The notes below the pieces were generated by a model. That model saw nothing but the letters and a program-made list of their open reading frames with translations, was not told the DNA's origin and ran no database searches. 64,000 nucleotides of DNA, taken from positions 1-64,000 of the forward strand of contig NW_026856399.1 in the NCBI RefSeq assembly GCF_026571515.1, written 5' to 3'. The position numbers were made by a program, and so were the translations under genes. The first letter of the stretch is position 1, and each line of letters opens with the position of its first letter. Source of the stretch: Ruditapes philippinarum. Lineage: Eukaryota. Below, in pieces: positions 1 through 13,766 of this stretch.

Positions 1-3000
1 GAGATTCAAACGCCAGAGAAATGACAAACGCTGCAGCATACGATACACATAAATGGCCAAGGAAAATGTATATCTAAAATGAGAATACAAATTTCTTAAT
101 GCCAAGTCTTACGTCAAACATATAATAAAAGGTTCCATTGTTGATATCGAGAATATTGAATAAGTCGATATCTAATACTTAATTCATTGAAAGTTAAATA
201 AAATGTTATGCGAGCCTTTGGCAAGCATCATGTTGTTTTATTAAACGAGTTCAATAAATTCAGTTTATGATCTACATAATTATTATATTCTATTAATCAC
301 ATATTTAAAATACAAACAGTTTAATTGTTAGTTGACGCGCCTATAGCTATGTCTGTATATATCGCATATGAAAGTCACGTAAAAGTGTTATTACATTAAT
401 GTAATATTGTTTTATCACGTTGCTAGTGTGATAAAGTGTATAAATATCTACTGCAATACTAACTGTACAACTATCTTTGAAAATATTTATGCTTGTTATT
501 TTTCTATCAAAGTATAATATAGTATGTATCTTTAGGAAAAATGGGAGTTGCATCCAACAATCAAGGTATACTATAATTTCTATAATAAAGAATTTGTATT
601 TTGGACTAACCATTTCAAAATCGTACCATCTCATCAAGGTTCTTTTGCTGGAATAATATGCATACATCACGAGCGGATGTACTAGATATGCACAATACGT
701 CAGGCGGCTCAGAGGAATAATTGCACGCCATGACAATAACTTATTAACAGGGCCTGGAAAGAAAAAAAATAAGATTTCAATAGAAAATACATCCAAAGAT
801 ATTTAAAGTAGAAAAATATCAGGCTCTAATCTTATAGCAGCTGTCATTATTGCTAAATTTTGAAACATTGTTCTATAACGAGACGTGATATAATTTGCTC
901 CCAATCGGTAAAGTCTCAATGCACATTTAAAGACCTTTGATTATTTCAAAATGAACAAATTACCTAACTACTAACCGTGCTATACAGGCAAATCACACAA
1001 GTAGTGATATTGAAAAAAAACCAGAATATTTCAGCCTATTTATAGTTAATGTTGTTTGTTTGTTTGATTGATTTGGTTTTTCGTCACACCGACACATATA
1101 TACTTGTGGAGGAAAATCTCAGGTGCCCTTTCGTGCATTATTTCAGGAACGAACGGGTACCTGAGTACAACCACCGACGTTCCGTTAGCCAAATTGATAG
1201 CATCAACACGTGAAAGAACCCCTGTCCTTGTCGGTATTCGAACCCACAGCCGTGAGAAGCAAGTGGATTGAAGTCAACGGTCTTTTCCACTCGCCACGGA
1301 TGGCCACGAATGTTGTAAATGTATGTGATTTGGTTTGCAATTTATTTAAATTTATTTTCCATTATCTGGATTTCTATAAGAGAAGAACGTTGTAAACATT
1401 CCCTAAATTTATTAATATGTTTCTAACATAAAGATTCGTCATGCATACCTCCATATCCACTGGCACACGCGAAAATAACCCAAGCAACACACATTCCCCA
1501 TGCAGTTCTTGACGTGGCATTATAGAATGCCGACGTATCATCGCTGAGAATTTTTGTACCATCTGGTGAGTACAAGCCGTATAAAACTAGCATAGCAGTT
1601 GTTGTAGCAACAATCCAGCCGACAACATTTAATATCTAAAACAATATGAGAAAAAACACCAATAGCGACAATTATATTAAAACAGAGAAAAACAAAATCC
1701 CTAAAGAAAGCCCATCATAGCAAATTTTACAATGTTGCAGGCTCGGTTTGATTGAGCCTGTTCATGGACCGTACTGGAAAATGCAAGTTACGGTCCACGC
1801 ACACTAGCACCGGCTCAAGCAGAATTCAACATCTTAACACGAAAATGGTGAAATTTATACTAAAGACCCATAATGGCCCAGAAATGTTTTTTGCTTATTT
1901 CTCCAACGGTTTTATTTTTGGTGTCCTCTTATTTTTCATACCAATTATGAACCATACTGGGTTGTGTTACGAACATTAACAGTTTGAATCTTGGGTTATA
2001 TTTTGTTCAATCAGGCTATATTTCCCGTATATCCCGTCAGCATTTTGTATAACCAATGATATAAACGGTTGTTTTACAATATAAATACCTCCAATTGGCT
2101 CGGCCTAATGAAATTTCCAACCAGTTACTGAACGTGTCAAAAGTTTTTTCAACAATGTTGTTTCTACGTGCATAACAATAAAGTTATAAATACAATAAGC
2201 AATTTTGTACGATGAATTTTAGACAAACAATGAAGTTTAATATGGACTAATCTAAACAAGAATATAAAAGAAACCACAAACCTGCGACATTTTGACCTTG
2301 CACTTTGTAATATGTAGAAGATATCCAGTGAAGAATCCTACGACGTAAGGTCCTATACGAGTCCAAGGTTTGATATATAAATCTGCCATCGCCTCATTTC
2401 CACTGTATAACGCAAAATGCAAGAACATAATAATATTGATTACTAATATGTAAGAAAAGCATCACAAATTTAAGGCACAAATACATGCTTTGCAAAAGGG
2501 GAATTTTACATGTATTTATATCTATATACATGTATGTCAATAGATAAGTAAGTATTTACATTATTGTATTGTATTACTGAGTACGATCGCTGACGTCCCT
2601 GAAGGAAACCACAGATGTTCGGCGCGTTGATTGGTCGCTACCACCGGGCCAACTCCCCCCCCCCTCACCCATTCTACAACCCTCCTACCTCTCGAAACCA
2701 TGTAAACTGCAGTATTTTTCATTTTAAACATGTTTTAATATTTGGTATATGCTTTTAATTCAATTACCTTGGTTTTGTCTTGCCTAACTCCTTACATAAC
2801 TCATAAACAATATAACTCATAAACAATATAAATGGTGTACTTACGAACGTTTATCACGTGCTTTCATAATTCAAAAATCTTTTAATTAATCCTATACTAT
2901 ATTATTATGATTTATAATTTGTCTCTTATTTAACAATAATAATAAGATACTAGGTCTTATATCCAGGATGTAAATACTCCTGATAACCACAAAAATAATT

Positions 3001-6000
3001 CAAATAATTTATATTGACACATAAGTAAAATTTCCTTTTCTTATATAAAAATTATCACAGATATTTGCTGTGCAAAACTGACCTATCATCCCAATCAAAG
3101 ACAATGGCCACTTCTCCTTCTCTGAGTTCTATAACTATCCTTCTATATATGCTTCTTCTTTACCATAATTCTTGAGTGTTCATATCAAAAAGTTGAAACT
3201 ATTTGTTCAGACTTAAGATCGAGCTTTTTTTTCCTTCCGTACCCTCTTTATATATAATCGCACATTTAATGTAATTCTCATTTTTTCGTCGTTTGCTGTA
3301 TTTTCATTACTTATCTCACTCTTTCTAGGCGTTATTATATAATTATTTCATGTTAGTAACTAGTTTACTTACAAGTACGTGTTGTTACATTGCAATTTGC
3401 TTTATTTTTACAATTTACAGGAAAGAAATATCTACATAAGTCTTTGACTTCCTTTTCAATCCTGTTTATATAATGTTGTTGTATCATAATTGTATATGTT
3501 TGTATTATATGAAATAAATACTGTTTAAAGATCCTGTATGTTTTGTGATTGATATTGTTACTGTATGTATCATACACTTGCAAAATATTATATATGTATA
3601 TAATTATGCAAATAAAACAATTTTCAAACATCCAAGAATATGTAAAATGTGTGCTGCAAATATTTGTGCACATTATATTTAATCAATAAATTACATGCAT
3701 TTATTTCTTTTTGGAAAATTTGACTTGGAATTTATAGAAAATAAATTTCTAATTACCTCCCTTTATTTACGCAAAATGTTAAATTGGGTAATATCTTTAT
3801 AAATAATGCTTATTTGAACTTACAAGATTGACAAATCTTAATTTGAGCATCATATTTATGAAATAAAACCATGAAAAAAATGTGTTACAGGATCTTTAAA
3901 CCAATTCAATTACCTTTATCTCCTACACAAAAATAAAAAAAGATAAATAATATATTTAGTAAAGGTATGCAACTCGTCGCTCATTTTTCAGCACTCAACT
4001 TAATATGAACTGAACTCCATAACAGCTTAAATTCCTTTAAGAGTAATCAATTCCCTACCATTTGGTACCAAGATATTAAAAATTGGTGAAAAAATGTTGG
4101 AGTTATGGAGCTCATATTAAGATGAGTGCTGAAAAATGAGCGGCCAGTTGCATACCTTTACTAAATATATTATATATAATTTTTTTTATTTTTTTTTGTG
4201 GGAGATGAAGGTAATTGAATTAAAAGCATATACCAAATATTAAAACATCTTTAAAATGAAAAATACTGCAGTTTGCATGGTTTTGAGAGGCAGGATGGTT
4301 GTAGAATGGGTGAGGGGGAGTTGGCCCGGGGGTAGTGACTGATCAACGCGCCTAACACCTTTGAAGGAAACTGAAAAACTTCCTAAATGTCATTAAATAA
4401 TGTATAGTACCAATAATTCATAAAATAATACAATATTACTGAACGTTTTCCTACATATACATATATTCAGTTTTGATTATTTGTCAACTATACATACTTT
4501 GCCGCCAGTAAGTTTGCACTCAAATGGTTCTGTTTAGAAATAACTCCAGCGCTGATGAAGTTTACCAGTATCAGGCAGAGGCATGAGACGGTGCCCCAGA
4601 GGGGTGAACTGAAAACACAACAACAGCAACATAAGATTTACCGTAACTGTAGAAGTAAGATCTAATTGAATGTTAATTTTTATAGGGTTCTTAAAGATAG
4701 ATAGCGTTTACCCTTTATATACATTGTATAAAAATTAAAAATGTTGTGACATAAAAAAAGTTTCCAAAATTCGCCAGGCTTCGATACTTGAGCCTGTAAA
4801 AATGGGATTTGAACCTGGGAGAATGGGCCTTAGAGCTTTGTTAAATTGATGTTTAAGCCGAGTTAAAAGAACATCTAAGCTTGTTAACATGGTGCTTGTG
4901 TCTGGTTCAAGAATGAACTTTTGAGTCTGAGTGAACGATTAAGTTTTTTTGAATGAATGATAAGAACTTGGTCAAAGGACACTTGAGCCTGGTTAAATCG
5001 AATTTAAGTTTGGTTAAATGGACGTCTATTCTTTGTTAAGAGGAAGTCTGAGTCTTGTTGAATGAGCGATTGAGTGTGTATGGATGAACGATTGTGTCTG
5101 TTTTTATGAACGATTAAGTCTGTTTGAACGAACAATTGAGACTGGTAAAAGGACGTTTGAGACTGGTTGAATAAACGATTGATTTTGATTGAATGAACGA
5201 TTGAGACTGGTTCAATGGACGTAAGGTCTGGTGAAATGGAAATTTGAGCCTGGTTAAACAGGAGTTTCGACTTGGTTAAATGGACTTTTCAGCCTGTTAA
5301 ATTTATGTATGTGCTTTGTTAAATGGCCGTTCAAGGCTTGATAATTGGTCGTTTAGAAACGAACGACACTTACTAATACAAGGGAACCAGCATTAAAGGG
5401 CTCAGAACATAGAACTGCATGCATTAGCCAGCGGTCCCAGCCCCACCCCATACATGTCCAAACGGGAAATTTTGTATATGAAAATTTTTTATTAAAAATA
5501 ACGGTTTCTGTTTAGTTGGGTTTATTAATTTACTTAGTTTAATAAAGTTAATTTTCATTTTATTCTTTTTTATACGAAAAATTTTCCCAAGATATCTATT
5601 ATTTTTTAAGTTACTTAATTAAGGGCTTCTCTAAAACTGATTTTTTGGAAACCAAAGGCTTTTTCCCCGTATGGGGTAAACATGCAAAATCATGTATAGG
5701 GAAAATTTCCCGGGGGTTACAGATTGTGTTATAGTTTTTGACTTTAAATAAAAAAAAACCCCCTTTAAATTTTTGTAACATTTTTTAATTTTCGATTTTT
5801 TTTCTTCTTTTTATATAAAAAAACCTTTGAACGTTTTTTTTTTTTGGTTTCCCTTTATCAAATTTTTTTTAAAACATTTACTTTTTTAATTGTCATATAA
5901 AAAAAAATGGGGTTTTAAAAATTACCTTTTTATCAGTTTCTAACTTAAGTTGTTAAATTATAAAAAAATTGTCCCCGGGTTCCTTGCACTCTTTCTCCCA

Positions 6001-9000
6001 TAAACCCCCTTTTTTGACCCACCCTGGTCCTTTTCCCCATTTTTAAAGGGTTTTGGGAAGTAAAACCCTTTAGTAGAAACATGTACGGTGGTTTAATCTA
6101 AGAAAAAAAGAACAAAAAAACTTTTTAAAAACTTAAAAGGGTATAAACTGTATGAAACTCAACATCATTTGATAAAAACGTTCATATTTAAATGTAAATA
6201 CGCCTTAAAGGTCATTATGCCATAGAAACATTTTGTTTAGATTTATCTATCATACAAGGTTTGAGATATAAATATATCTGTCGTAAGAATTAAACTAATA
6301 ATAAGTAGAGTTTTTTCAAGATGATGTTCATTTATATTCATGCTATAATTACGACACACACAAAAACATATGACTTCATTTACATAATGTTAAGACAACA
6401 TTCACTTTTATTACGATATTTACCTCCAAAATCTATGAAAGTAAAACATTCCCCACTTAAATTTACGGGCGCCACCTCTCTTTTCCATTTCACGAAGAGA
6501 AAGGTATGAAACCAACAATCCACTGAAAACAACCACAACAACAAAATAAACAACAACAAAAACAACAACAAATTAGTCTGCCTAGTTTTAATATGAGTAC
6601 GTTGAATGAGTCAGAATATTATAGTGTGTTTGAATTGGCTGAAATGTGATCATTGCGAAGGCTACTGTTTTTATTCGGTCCCTTATTGCAAAGCAACTTG
6701 GGTTATATAGGCAAACAATCGTTTATATAAAGCAATATAACCTTTCAAACCTGTCTTTATAATCTTTATAAATTAGTTATAAAGATTTTTAACAGCAGCC
6801 TTATATATTATAAGTTATAAAGATGCTGACAGGTTATATGGCCCCTTAAGAAAACTGTTTGTTAGGGTAATATTGCAAACAACTGTTTATATACGGTCAT
6901 ATAACCTGTCGGGAATATTTATAACGAATATATAATACTTCAAGTAAACAAAGGCTACATTTTAACTGATATTAAAAACGGTGTGTTGCATATGTGAAAT
7001 AGAGGAAATAAAAATCCCTAAGGAGAGCCCAAAACGGCAAAATTAAAAATTTTGCAAGCTCGGTTTGATAGAGCCTGTTCATGGACGGTATTGTCAATAG
7101 CAAACTATCGTCCACGCCCCTTGTCATCGGCTTAAGCAGAATTCGACATTTAAACATGGAATTGTAAAAATGTTTAATTATAAACATCCGCAGATGTGTT
7201 TATACGGTGATTCTCATGGAACCTTCAATGTGAAACTTTCTTGTCATTCCATGAAAAGCGGCGTATAGTCCCCAAAAAATAGAAAGCGTGTGCTCTAACG
7301 AGAAAACAATAGGTGGAACTAAACAAAATGAAATTTTGAAAGGGAATCAGAGGTTATGAAGCCTGCATACCATAGATAAGACGTCAAAAGACAAAGTTAA
7401 AAATTAGGCAGCATATCCTAATGGTGATTCTACGTTATTCAAGTAGGAATATTGGAACCACTCAACAAGATAATGCCAAAAAGTGAAAAATTAAAAAATA
7501 CCACAAACGAAACACTGTAAACGGACCTGTTTAGCCGAGGTTATATTGCAAACAACCGTTTTCAAAACGCCAAATAACCTGTCATGAATCTTTATAACGA
7601 ATTTCTTATGCAGCAGACTTTTATTAGAGAATAGATGATATATCTTTAGAAATTGACAGCAACCGTATATACATGTATCGTTAATTATAAAAAAATCGAC
7701 AAGTTATATGGCCCTATATAAACGGTTGTATGTATACACGTATATAACCAAAGCCGATAGGCGAGGAATATATCATGTCAAAATATGTATTACGAATTTA
7801 TAATTACACAAACGTTCTTATTTAGAGAAAACAGTGAGAGTTCTTCATAAATAGTCAGCAGTCGTGTATAAAAATTTATATAAACGTCACGATTATCCAA
7901 TAAAAAACGACGTTATAACCGTGCAGTAATATAAACACATTATGTAATCGTGACGAATATCCATTGAAAAGCGACGTTACAAAAACGTGGGTTTCGGGAA
8001 CGGTGTTCAAAATTTGTGAAAATTTGGTGGGAAATCATAATCAACAGTTTTCTTCATTTCCCTTATTCTTTTTTTGTTTTTTACTCTCAAAAAAGGAAAA
8101 GGGTTTTTCCCTTTGAGAAGGGAAACGTGTCAAAAAAACCCGGTTTTAAGCTTTTAGAAAGGGCCTAAAATTTTGTTTTTAAAAATCTTTTTGGGGGTAA
8201 AATTTGGGCAGAAATTGTCTAAAAATTGGTAATCTTTATTAAATTTGGAAGGGTTTTTTAAATTTAATGAAATAAAAAAATTAAGCTTAAATTTTAAAAA
8301 GTTTTAAATTTTTACAATAATATGTGCTGAATTTGTGAAATTTTGTATTTTACAAGATGGAACCATTTTTTGATAGGTAAAGGCTGCAAAATTGTCTGAA
8401 TGGGTCAGCTCTAATGGACATTACGAGTGACCAAGAGTTTCCGGTTTGGGCATATTAGGTCTTGCCGCTTCAAGAGCCCAATAAAGTCCAATAAAAAATT
8501 CATATATAATGCATATTAAATCTTGTAAAACATCATCTTTTCAGTAATTGTTTTCATTTTAACATATCATTCCATATAATAAAATGTATGCGCTGTCAAC
8601 ACAAAAAATCCTTTGCGGGGATTAATTCAAATGTTTTAAACAACAGACCTTTTGAAGTATTTACAAGATGATATTTCCATAGAAACGAAAGTGTTATTTC
8701 GCGCATGCATGTTCCAAAGAATACATTTTATCAGTATTCAACAACTTCAGAAACAATTTGATGTAATCTTAATTATCAACCATTAGTTTAGAATAGTTCA
8801 TTTTGATATAATAACCGATGCAATGGTGAATTTGAGTAATTAACTTGGTCATTACATTATTAACTCATTAATTCAGGGTCTTTTAAATCAAAAGTAGTAC
8901 AGTATTAGTAAATAAATAAATGACGCAAAACTTACCTGTTAAAGTAAATCCAAAGGCATACGTATGTCCTAACATGACCCATGTCATGCTCAGAAACCGT

Positions 9001-11801
9001 ATACCATTTACGCTTGTCAATGTTCCAGATGGTTGGTTCGTGCTAAAAATCTTCGGCCGCATTTTGAGTACACAGAGAATGATAATAGCAGGTTGCCCAT
9101 TTTTCCTGTAAATAAAGCAATCAAGATAGGTTTTAATTAGTGAATATTTCCGAAAAAAAGGAGGTTGGGGAGTAGTAGGTAGCTCAACTTGAATATGCCT
9201 TCAAATTTGTTTTCTGAGCTACTATATCGGTACAATGCACAGGTTGCACTTGATCTTGTTTAGTCACTTTAGTTTCAAACGACTGAAAACGTGTTCCTGT
9301 TGTTATAAATTTGATATAGATTTAAATTTTTCTGGAATGGTCAGTTTAATTTTAAGATTAAAGTTTAGGTACGGTGTTGTTCGAACTCTTCCGAGACTTT
9401 GTCAGACCATAATGGTCTCCCGTCTTAATACGTACACCTTGTGAATAGGAACGTCAGGGGGAAAATTAAACCAAGGGGTTTTTTGAAATAAACAGAAAAA
9501 ACAAAAAATTTTTCCCCTTTGTTGGAATTTTTTTTCCCATTTTAAAAGTCAATTTTGTTAAGATCTTTTTGAATGATTCATTAAATCTCCCCCTTTTTTT
9601 ATTATTTTTTTCCAATTTTTAATTTTCTATTTTCCTTTTACTTTTTGCTCCCTTTTTTTTTTTAAAAGGCCTTTTTTATTCCGGGGTTTTTCAGTAACCG
9701 GGTTTTTCCCGGGTTAGGATAATTTGTTCAATTTTTTCTTTTGGAAAAAACCTTTTTTTGGTTCCCTTTGTTCCAGGTTTTTATTTTCCGGGTGTTTATT
9801 CGGGGGGCGTATTCTTTTTTGGACCCCTTTTGTTTCCAAACCCGTTTCATTTCTTGATGTTATTTAAAGGGGAAACCCTTTTTTTCCTCCCATTTTACAA
9901 AATAATTTTTTTCTTGGTTAGTAAAAAGATTAATTTTTTAATTTTTTTTAAAAAAGCTTTTAAAATATGGGGAACCCCTTAAAATATAAACCCTCGACCC
10001 TTTTAAGTTTTTCGCCCGCTGGGTAGTCTTTTGGCAAATTTAATATCTGTATTTTGAACAAATTTAGTATTGGGATAATTTTAGTGTAAAAATTAGCAAT
10101 TTTTTTTATTATTTACGTGATCTTGGAAAAAACGTCATAAATTTTACGTCATATTTCTCAACGTTTATTTTAAAATCTAGACTTTAAAAACTTTTAGATA
10201 AACAAAAAACTAGAATAAAACAAAACGAACTTTTTTCCCATTTAAAAGGCAAATAATATATTTTAAAAAGTCCCTGCGGAAAAAAAACTATCTTGATAAT
10301 CCCTTTTTTATTGGTTTTTGGTTTTTTTTGTCAAAACCGAAGTTCCCCCTAGTAAAGACACTCTGTCATTTTTCGTATATCTGAGAGTCATAAATGCAAA
10401 TAAGTTAACTCAAATTTGATGCAGCCAAATGTGAACATATAAATTACAACTGCTTTGTTTAAACAATAAAGAGTAAACTGTTCAAAATGAATTAATGCAA
10501 TAGATAAATGTTATACTATTAGTTTGTATTCTGACTCTCTGCTCGCCATATAATGATTAAGGAAGATGTCGTAGGCTGTTGCAAGAATGATAACTGCCGC
10601 AAACAGTGAACATATAACGCTGGAAAAAAAAAGAACATCACATTTATATGCGTTAATGCTTACCGTATATTTTACAAAATCTTCGAAAGGCAAAAAACAC
10701 ATTTTTATTACAATGACATGACTTTGCTTGTTGTGCATTTTTTAGTTAGTTTAATAATAGGTAAAATATTACTTTAAATATAAAACGACTAAGCAAAAAT
10801 GGCGATTTTGTACACGTCTGACATGTTTTTGAAATCATTTATAATAAGCCATTGTTTTCGAATGGCAGTTGATGTACAAAGTTAATTAGTGGGAAATGGT
10901 TTTTTCCTTCGAAAAAGAATAAACATTTCGGCTAGCTTCAACATTTTTAAATTAATAAATAAAAATGTGAAAAAATCATAGTAAATGCTAGAAAGTGTCG
11001 TTATTTATTATTTATTCACAACAGTAGTTTTCAAAATACTTATATACTTATCATAGAAATTACGACAAGCAAATTTATACAAGGAAGAGTCGGCACAACG
11101 TCCAATAAGTCTGACGTCATTTATGCATTTCACTTAAATTGTTAACGGGGCTTTACATTTCATCATTTTTTTTCACACCAATATTTAAATAATATTAAGA
11201 TTCACTTCTTTCATGACTGCTATAGCTTTTCCAGTATATTCCAGAGACTTTTCTTGACACATGACCTGTACACGTGACGTTGCATTCACATCTATCAAGC
11301 TCACCACTGAAAATCGATAAGAATAGGTAGTGTCAACAAAAATCTAAATTGCGATTAAAAAAAAAAGGTTAATCAAACTTTATGAATGAGTAAATCAAGA
11401 TTTAATGGCATATGGTGTATTTTGGGATAATTGGCTTTAGGTCATATCGACGTTGTTATGGCATAAGAAACTGTCCGCAAAAGAAACCGTTTAAGTGATT
11501 CTTTATACAATATCTCAATCAATTCATGCCTTATACAAAATAATTTAACGTGCATACGTGTTTTTGCCAAAGCCGTTGCATCAGAAGAACTACACGTGTC
11601 CGGGAAACACATCCCAATGGCCAACGCTGCGGCCTGTCCAAATGCTCCCTGTGAAAAATAAGGCAATAAGTTGTCTGTATATGTAACTATTGTAAGATAA
11701 GGTCTGTGATTGAAGAAAATGTTAATACAATCTCACTTTAGTCTTATATTCCAACATAAAAAATATTATATAATCATTATAACTACTTCTACTACTACTG
11801 C

Positions 11802-11847
<46 letters not shown>

Positions 11848-12210
11848 ATTTGCGAGGAAGTTATCCAGCAAATTAATGAATATCGGTGTTTGGTTCTCAG
11901 ATGCCCGATTGCCGGAAATAATATTGTGTTTGCGAAAATGCACCTTAAGTGTTCCTCTACCAGTAAAAATGGAAAGTCAGCGCATGACCCTAACAGTCTT
12001 TGTGTGACTTAAAATTAAAACAATTTACCTGATTTCCCAAAGGTATAGACGCCAAACAATATTTGCCGGTAAAAGGGTGACTTGGCCCCGTTTTATTTAC
12101 AGGGTTCTGGTACTCGATTGCCTGCACGTCAATGCATTCACTCCATTCCCCGATCCAATGAATATGAAAGTCCATAATACCACTAGGGGGTTTCCCCATC
12201 GCATCAATCA
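1..12210 (-). CDS. nrf-6: NRF-6-like / O-acyltransferase-like membrane protein (NRF domain + acyltransferase family 3), from the second exon to the last; last exon runs off the window
   Basis: Manually spliced exons, mostly with canonical GT-AG sites: 12210-12029 (IDAMGKPPSG..WIGEWSEC..GKYC), 11648-11558 (GMCFPDTCS), ~11306-11213 (donor uncertain), 10619-~10517 (donor uncertain), 9105-8936 (FSVY..NGIRFLSMTWVMLGHTY), corrupted exon ~8200-8083, 6522-6424 (GLLVSY..FYFHRFWR), corrupted exons ~6099-5925 (LTPPYM-like) and ~5455-5374 (MQFYVLSP), 4608-4498, 2402-2282 (YIKPWTRIGPY), 1635-1449 (RTAWGMCVAWVIFAC), 753-611 (PLSRLTYCAYLVHP), 73-1 (FES). These motifs are typical of the NRF-6 family. Confidence 0.9.
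1051..1304 (-). mobile_element. tRNA-derived SINE (intronic)
   Basis: The reverse strand begins with a tRNA-like head carrying Pol III box A (TGGCGAGTGG) and box B (GGTTCGAAT) and ends in an (AAAC)n tail. Homologous to the copies at 33983-34232 and 35541-35815. Confidence 0.8.
1695..1850 (+). repeat. Dispersed repeat family (copies at ~7011-7390 +, ~33440-33605 -, ~38948-39320 +)
   Basis: Shared sequence AATCCCTAAAGAAAGCCCA...GGCTCGGTTTGATTGAGCC...CATGGAC...AAGCAGAATTC is visible, with substitutions, in all four places. Confidence 0.8.
2610..4363. mobile_element. hAT-type foldback MITE with long TIRs, carrying a nested ~1.1-kb insertion
   Basis: TIR CACAGATGTTCGGCGCG.../...CGCGCCTAACACCTTTG. 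Arms 2610-2770 plus 3903-4025 are reverse-complementary to 4102-4363. 8-bp TSD AAGGAAAC at 2602-2609 and 4364-4371. Confidence 0.85.
2771..3902. mobile_element. Nested insertion with a 14-bp target-site duplication (possibly a decayed LINE fragment)
   Basis: Flanked by AATTCAATTACCTT at 2757-2770 and 3903-3916; splits the left arm of the MITE. Confidence 0.65.
4785..5345. repeat. Degenerate ~21-bp minisatellite
   Basis: Recurring GAGCCTGGTTAAATGGACGTT / GAGACTGGTTGAATGAACGATT-like units. Confidence 0.75.
11800..11848. repeat. (ATT)n microsatellite
   Basis: Direct reading. It explains the poly-I and poly-N ORFs at 11710 and 11722. Confidence 0.95.
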
Positions 12211-13209
12211 CTACAAACAGTAATATCGTCATTAAAACAGGCAAATATAAAGAAAACGATTTTTAACCGCTGTACATTCAATGCATTTTTTTAAATTCTT
12301 TTAAGATTTTTACTTTTCATAGTAGGAATTCATGTTTGTATTGTTCTAATGAAACCAGTCATACAATTAGTCCCAATCAAATCATAAGTTTCTGGTTTAA
12401 CGGCGCACCAACACAACTTTGGCCATATGTCGCTAAAACAGGAGAGATGATTTTTGGTTAACTTCGGGTGATACAAACATCAGGGATCGAAATCGTTTCA
12501 CCTTCTGCAGCTAAGGGATGCACAGACTTCAGTAATTAGAACCCATTTAGTCGCCTCTTACGATCACACGGGAAAACACGGTGGTTGCAATTCTGATGCA
12601 TCAAAACTTAAACCCCTCAGCCACATTGTTGTAGGTAAAAAAAATAAAAGTGTACACAAATCCGTCGTAGTATAAACAATTTATAATTTCTATCATCATT
12701 GCAAGTTGCAATGCATGCCCAGCGTCGTGAACAATGAAATGTAGACTGTGAATGCGCGAGTTATTTTAGAATACCTATTTATCTATTCTAGGAATAAAAT
12801 ATTGGTGGTTTCGGGCTTAATATTTATAAATTTTGCTTGTGTAGTAAAACGACTGAAATGAAAAGCAACAATTATTGATACCCTTGATATTTTACATCAA
12901 ATATGCTTATATGCTGTATTATCCGTGTTAAGGGAAACTAAATCAAACCAAAGTAAACTAGAGGATGCTTTTGTAAAAAAGCGCATGTCTCCCCCACTGC
13001 TGAGAATAACTGTGAATGGAAACAGGAATGGAAATGGAGATAAGATAATGTAAATACCCGGTAGTCACTTCAATGAAGGCTGTCTATGGATGGTTTCTAT
13101 TGTTAAGGTTGTATGAGAAGATGCTCCTAAACTGTTTTTAACCAGGTATTCAATTTTGAAAATCCTGGTTATTCAATCAGCGTATGGCAGGCGGGCGTCA
13201 AACGAAATT

Positions 13210-13766
13210 GCACTTGATGGTCATATCATATATAGTTTCACAAATGAAATTAAATGAAATTGTGTCTGCTCCATAATTCTTCAAACCTTTAAAGGATTTT
13301 GATGATACTTGAAACAAACGTTCATATTGTCAGATTTTTTTACACTATTGAAAGACAACTCAAATTACAATGTATGTAAAATCATGATAACTGTAGTTTG
13401 TTGGGATGACTCCACTCGTTTTCACAATGAAGCCTCTCTGGTAGATACTTGAAACAAAAATTCACCACATCCAGAGAACGTGTAGAGTACATGTTTCGTA
13501 TGGCTGGTTCCAAGGTCAAGGTCTACTTGACACTTGAATGTCATATCATATATAGTTTCACAAACGAAATTAAAGGAAATTGTGTCTGCTCCATAACTCT
13601 TCAACCCTTTGAAGGATTTTGATGATACTTGAAACAAACGTTCATATTGTCAGATTTTTTACACTATTGAAAGACAACTCAAATTTCAATGTATGTCAAA
13701 TCATGATAACTGTAGTGTGTTGGGATGACTCCACTCGTTTTCACAATCAAGCCTCTCTGGTAGATA
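13210..13766. repeat. ~237-bp direct duplication of the endonuclease C-terminus and 3' UTR
   Basis: 13210-13447 is near-identical to 13530-13766. Confidence 0.85.

Noticed and set aside
347-796. 149-aa ORF as a standalone gene
   Set aside because: Only 753-611 is exon; the rest is intron read-through. The same applies to the ORFs at 34349, 33704, 32724, 11990, 11442 and 10511.
9758-9982. Phe-rich 'membrane protein' ORFs (also 42012, 42404)
   Set aside because: They lie in homopolymer-inflated low-quality sequence.
11710-12012. Poly-Ile / poly-Asn ORFs
   Set aside because: Translation of the (ATT)n microsatellite.
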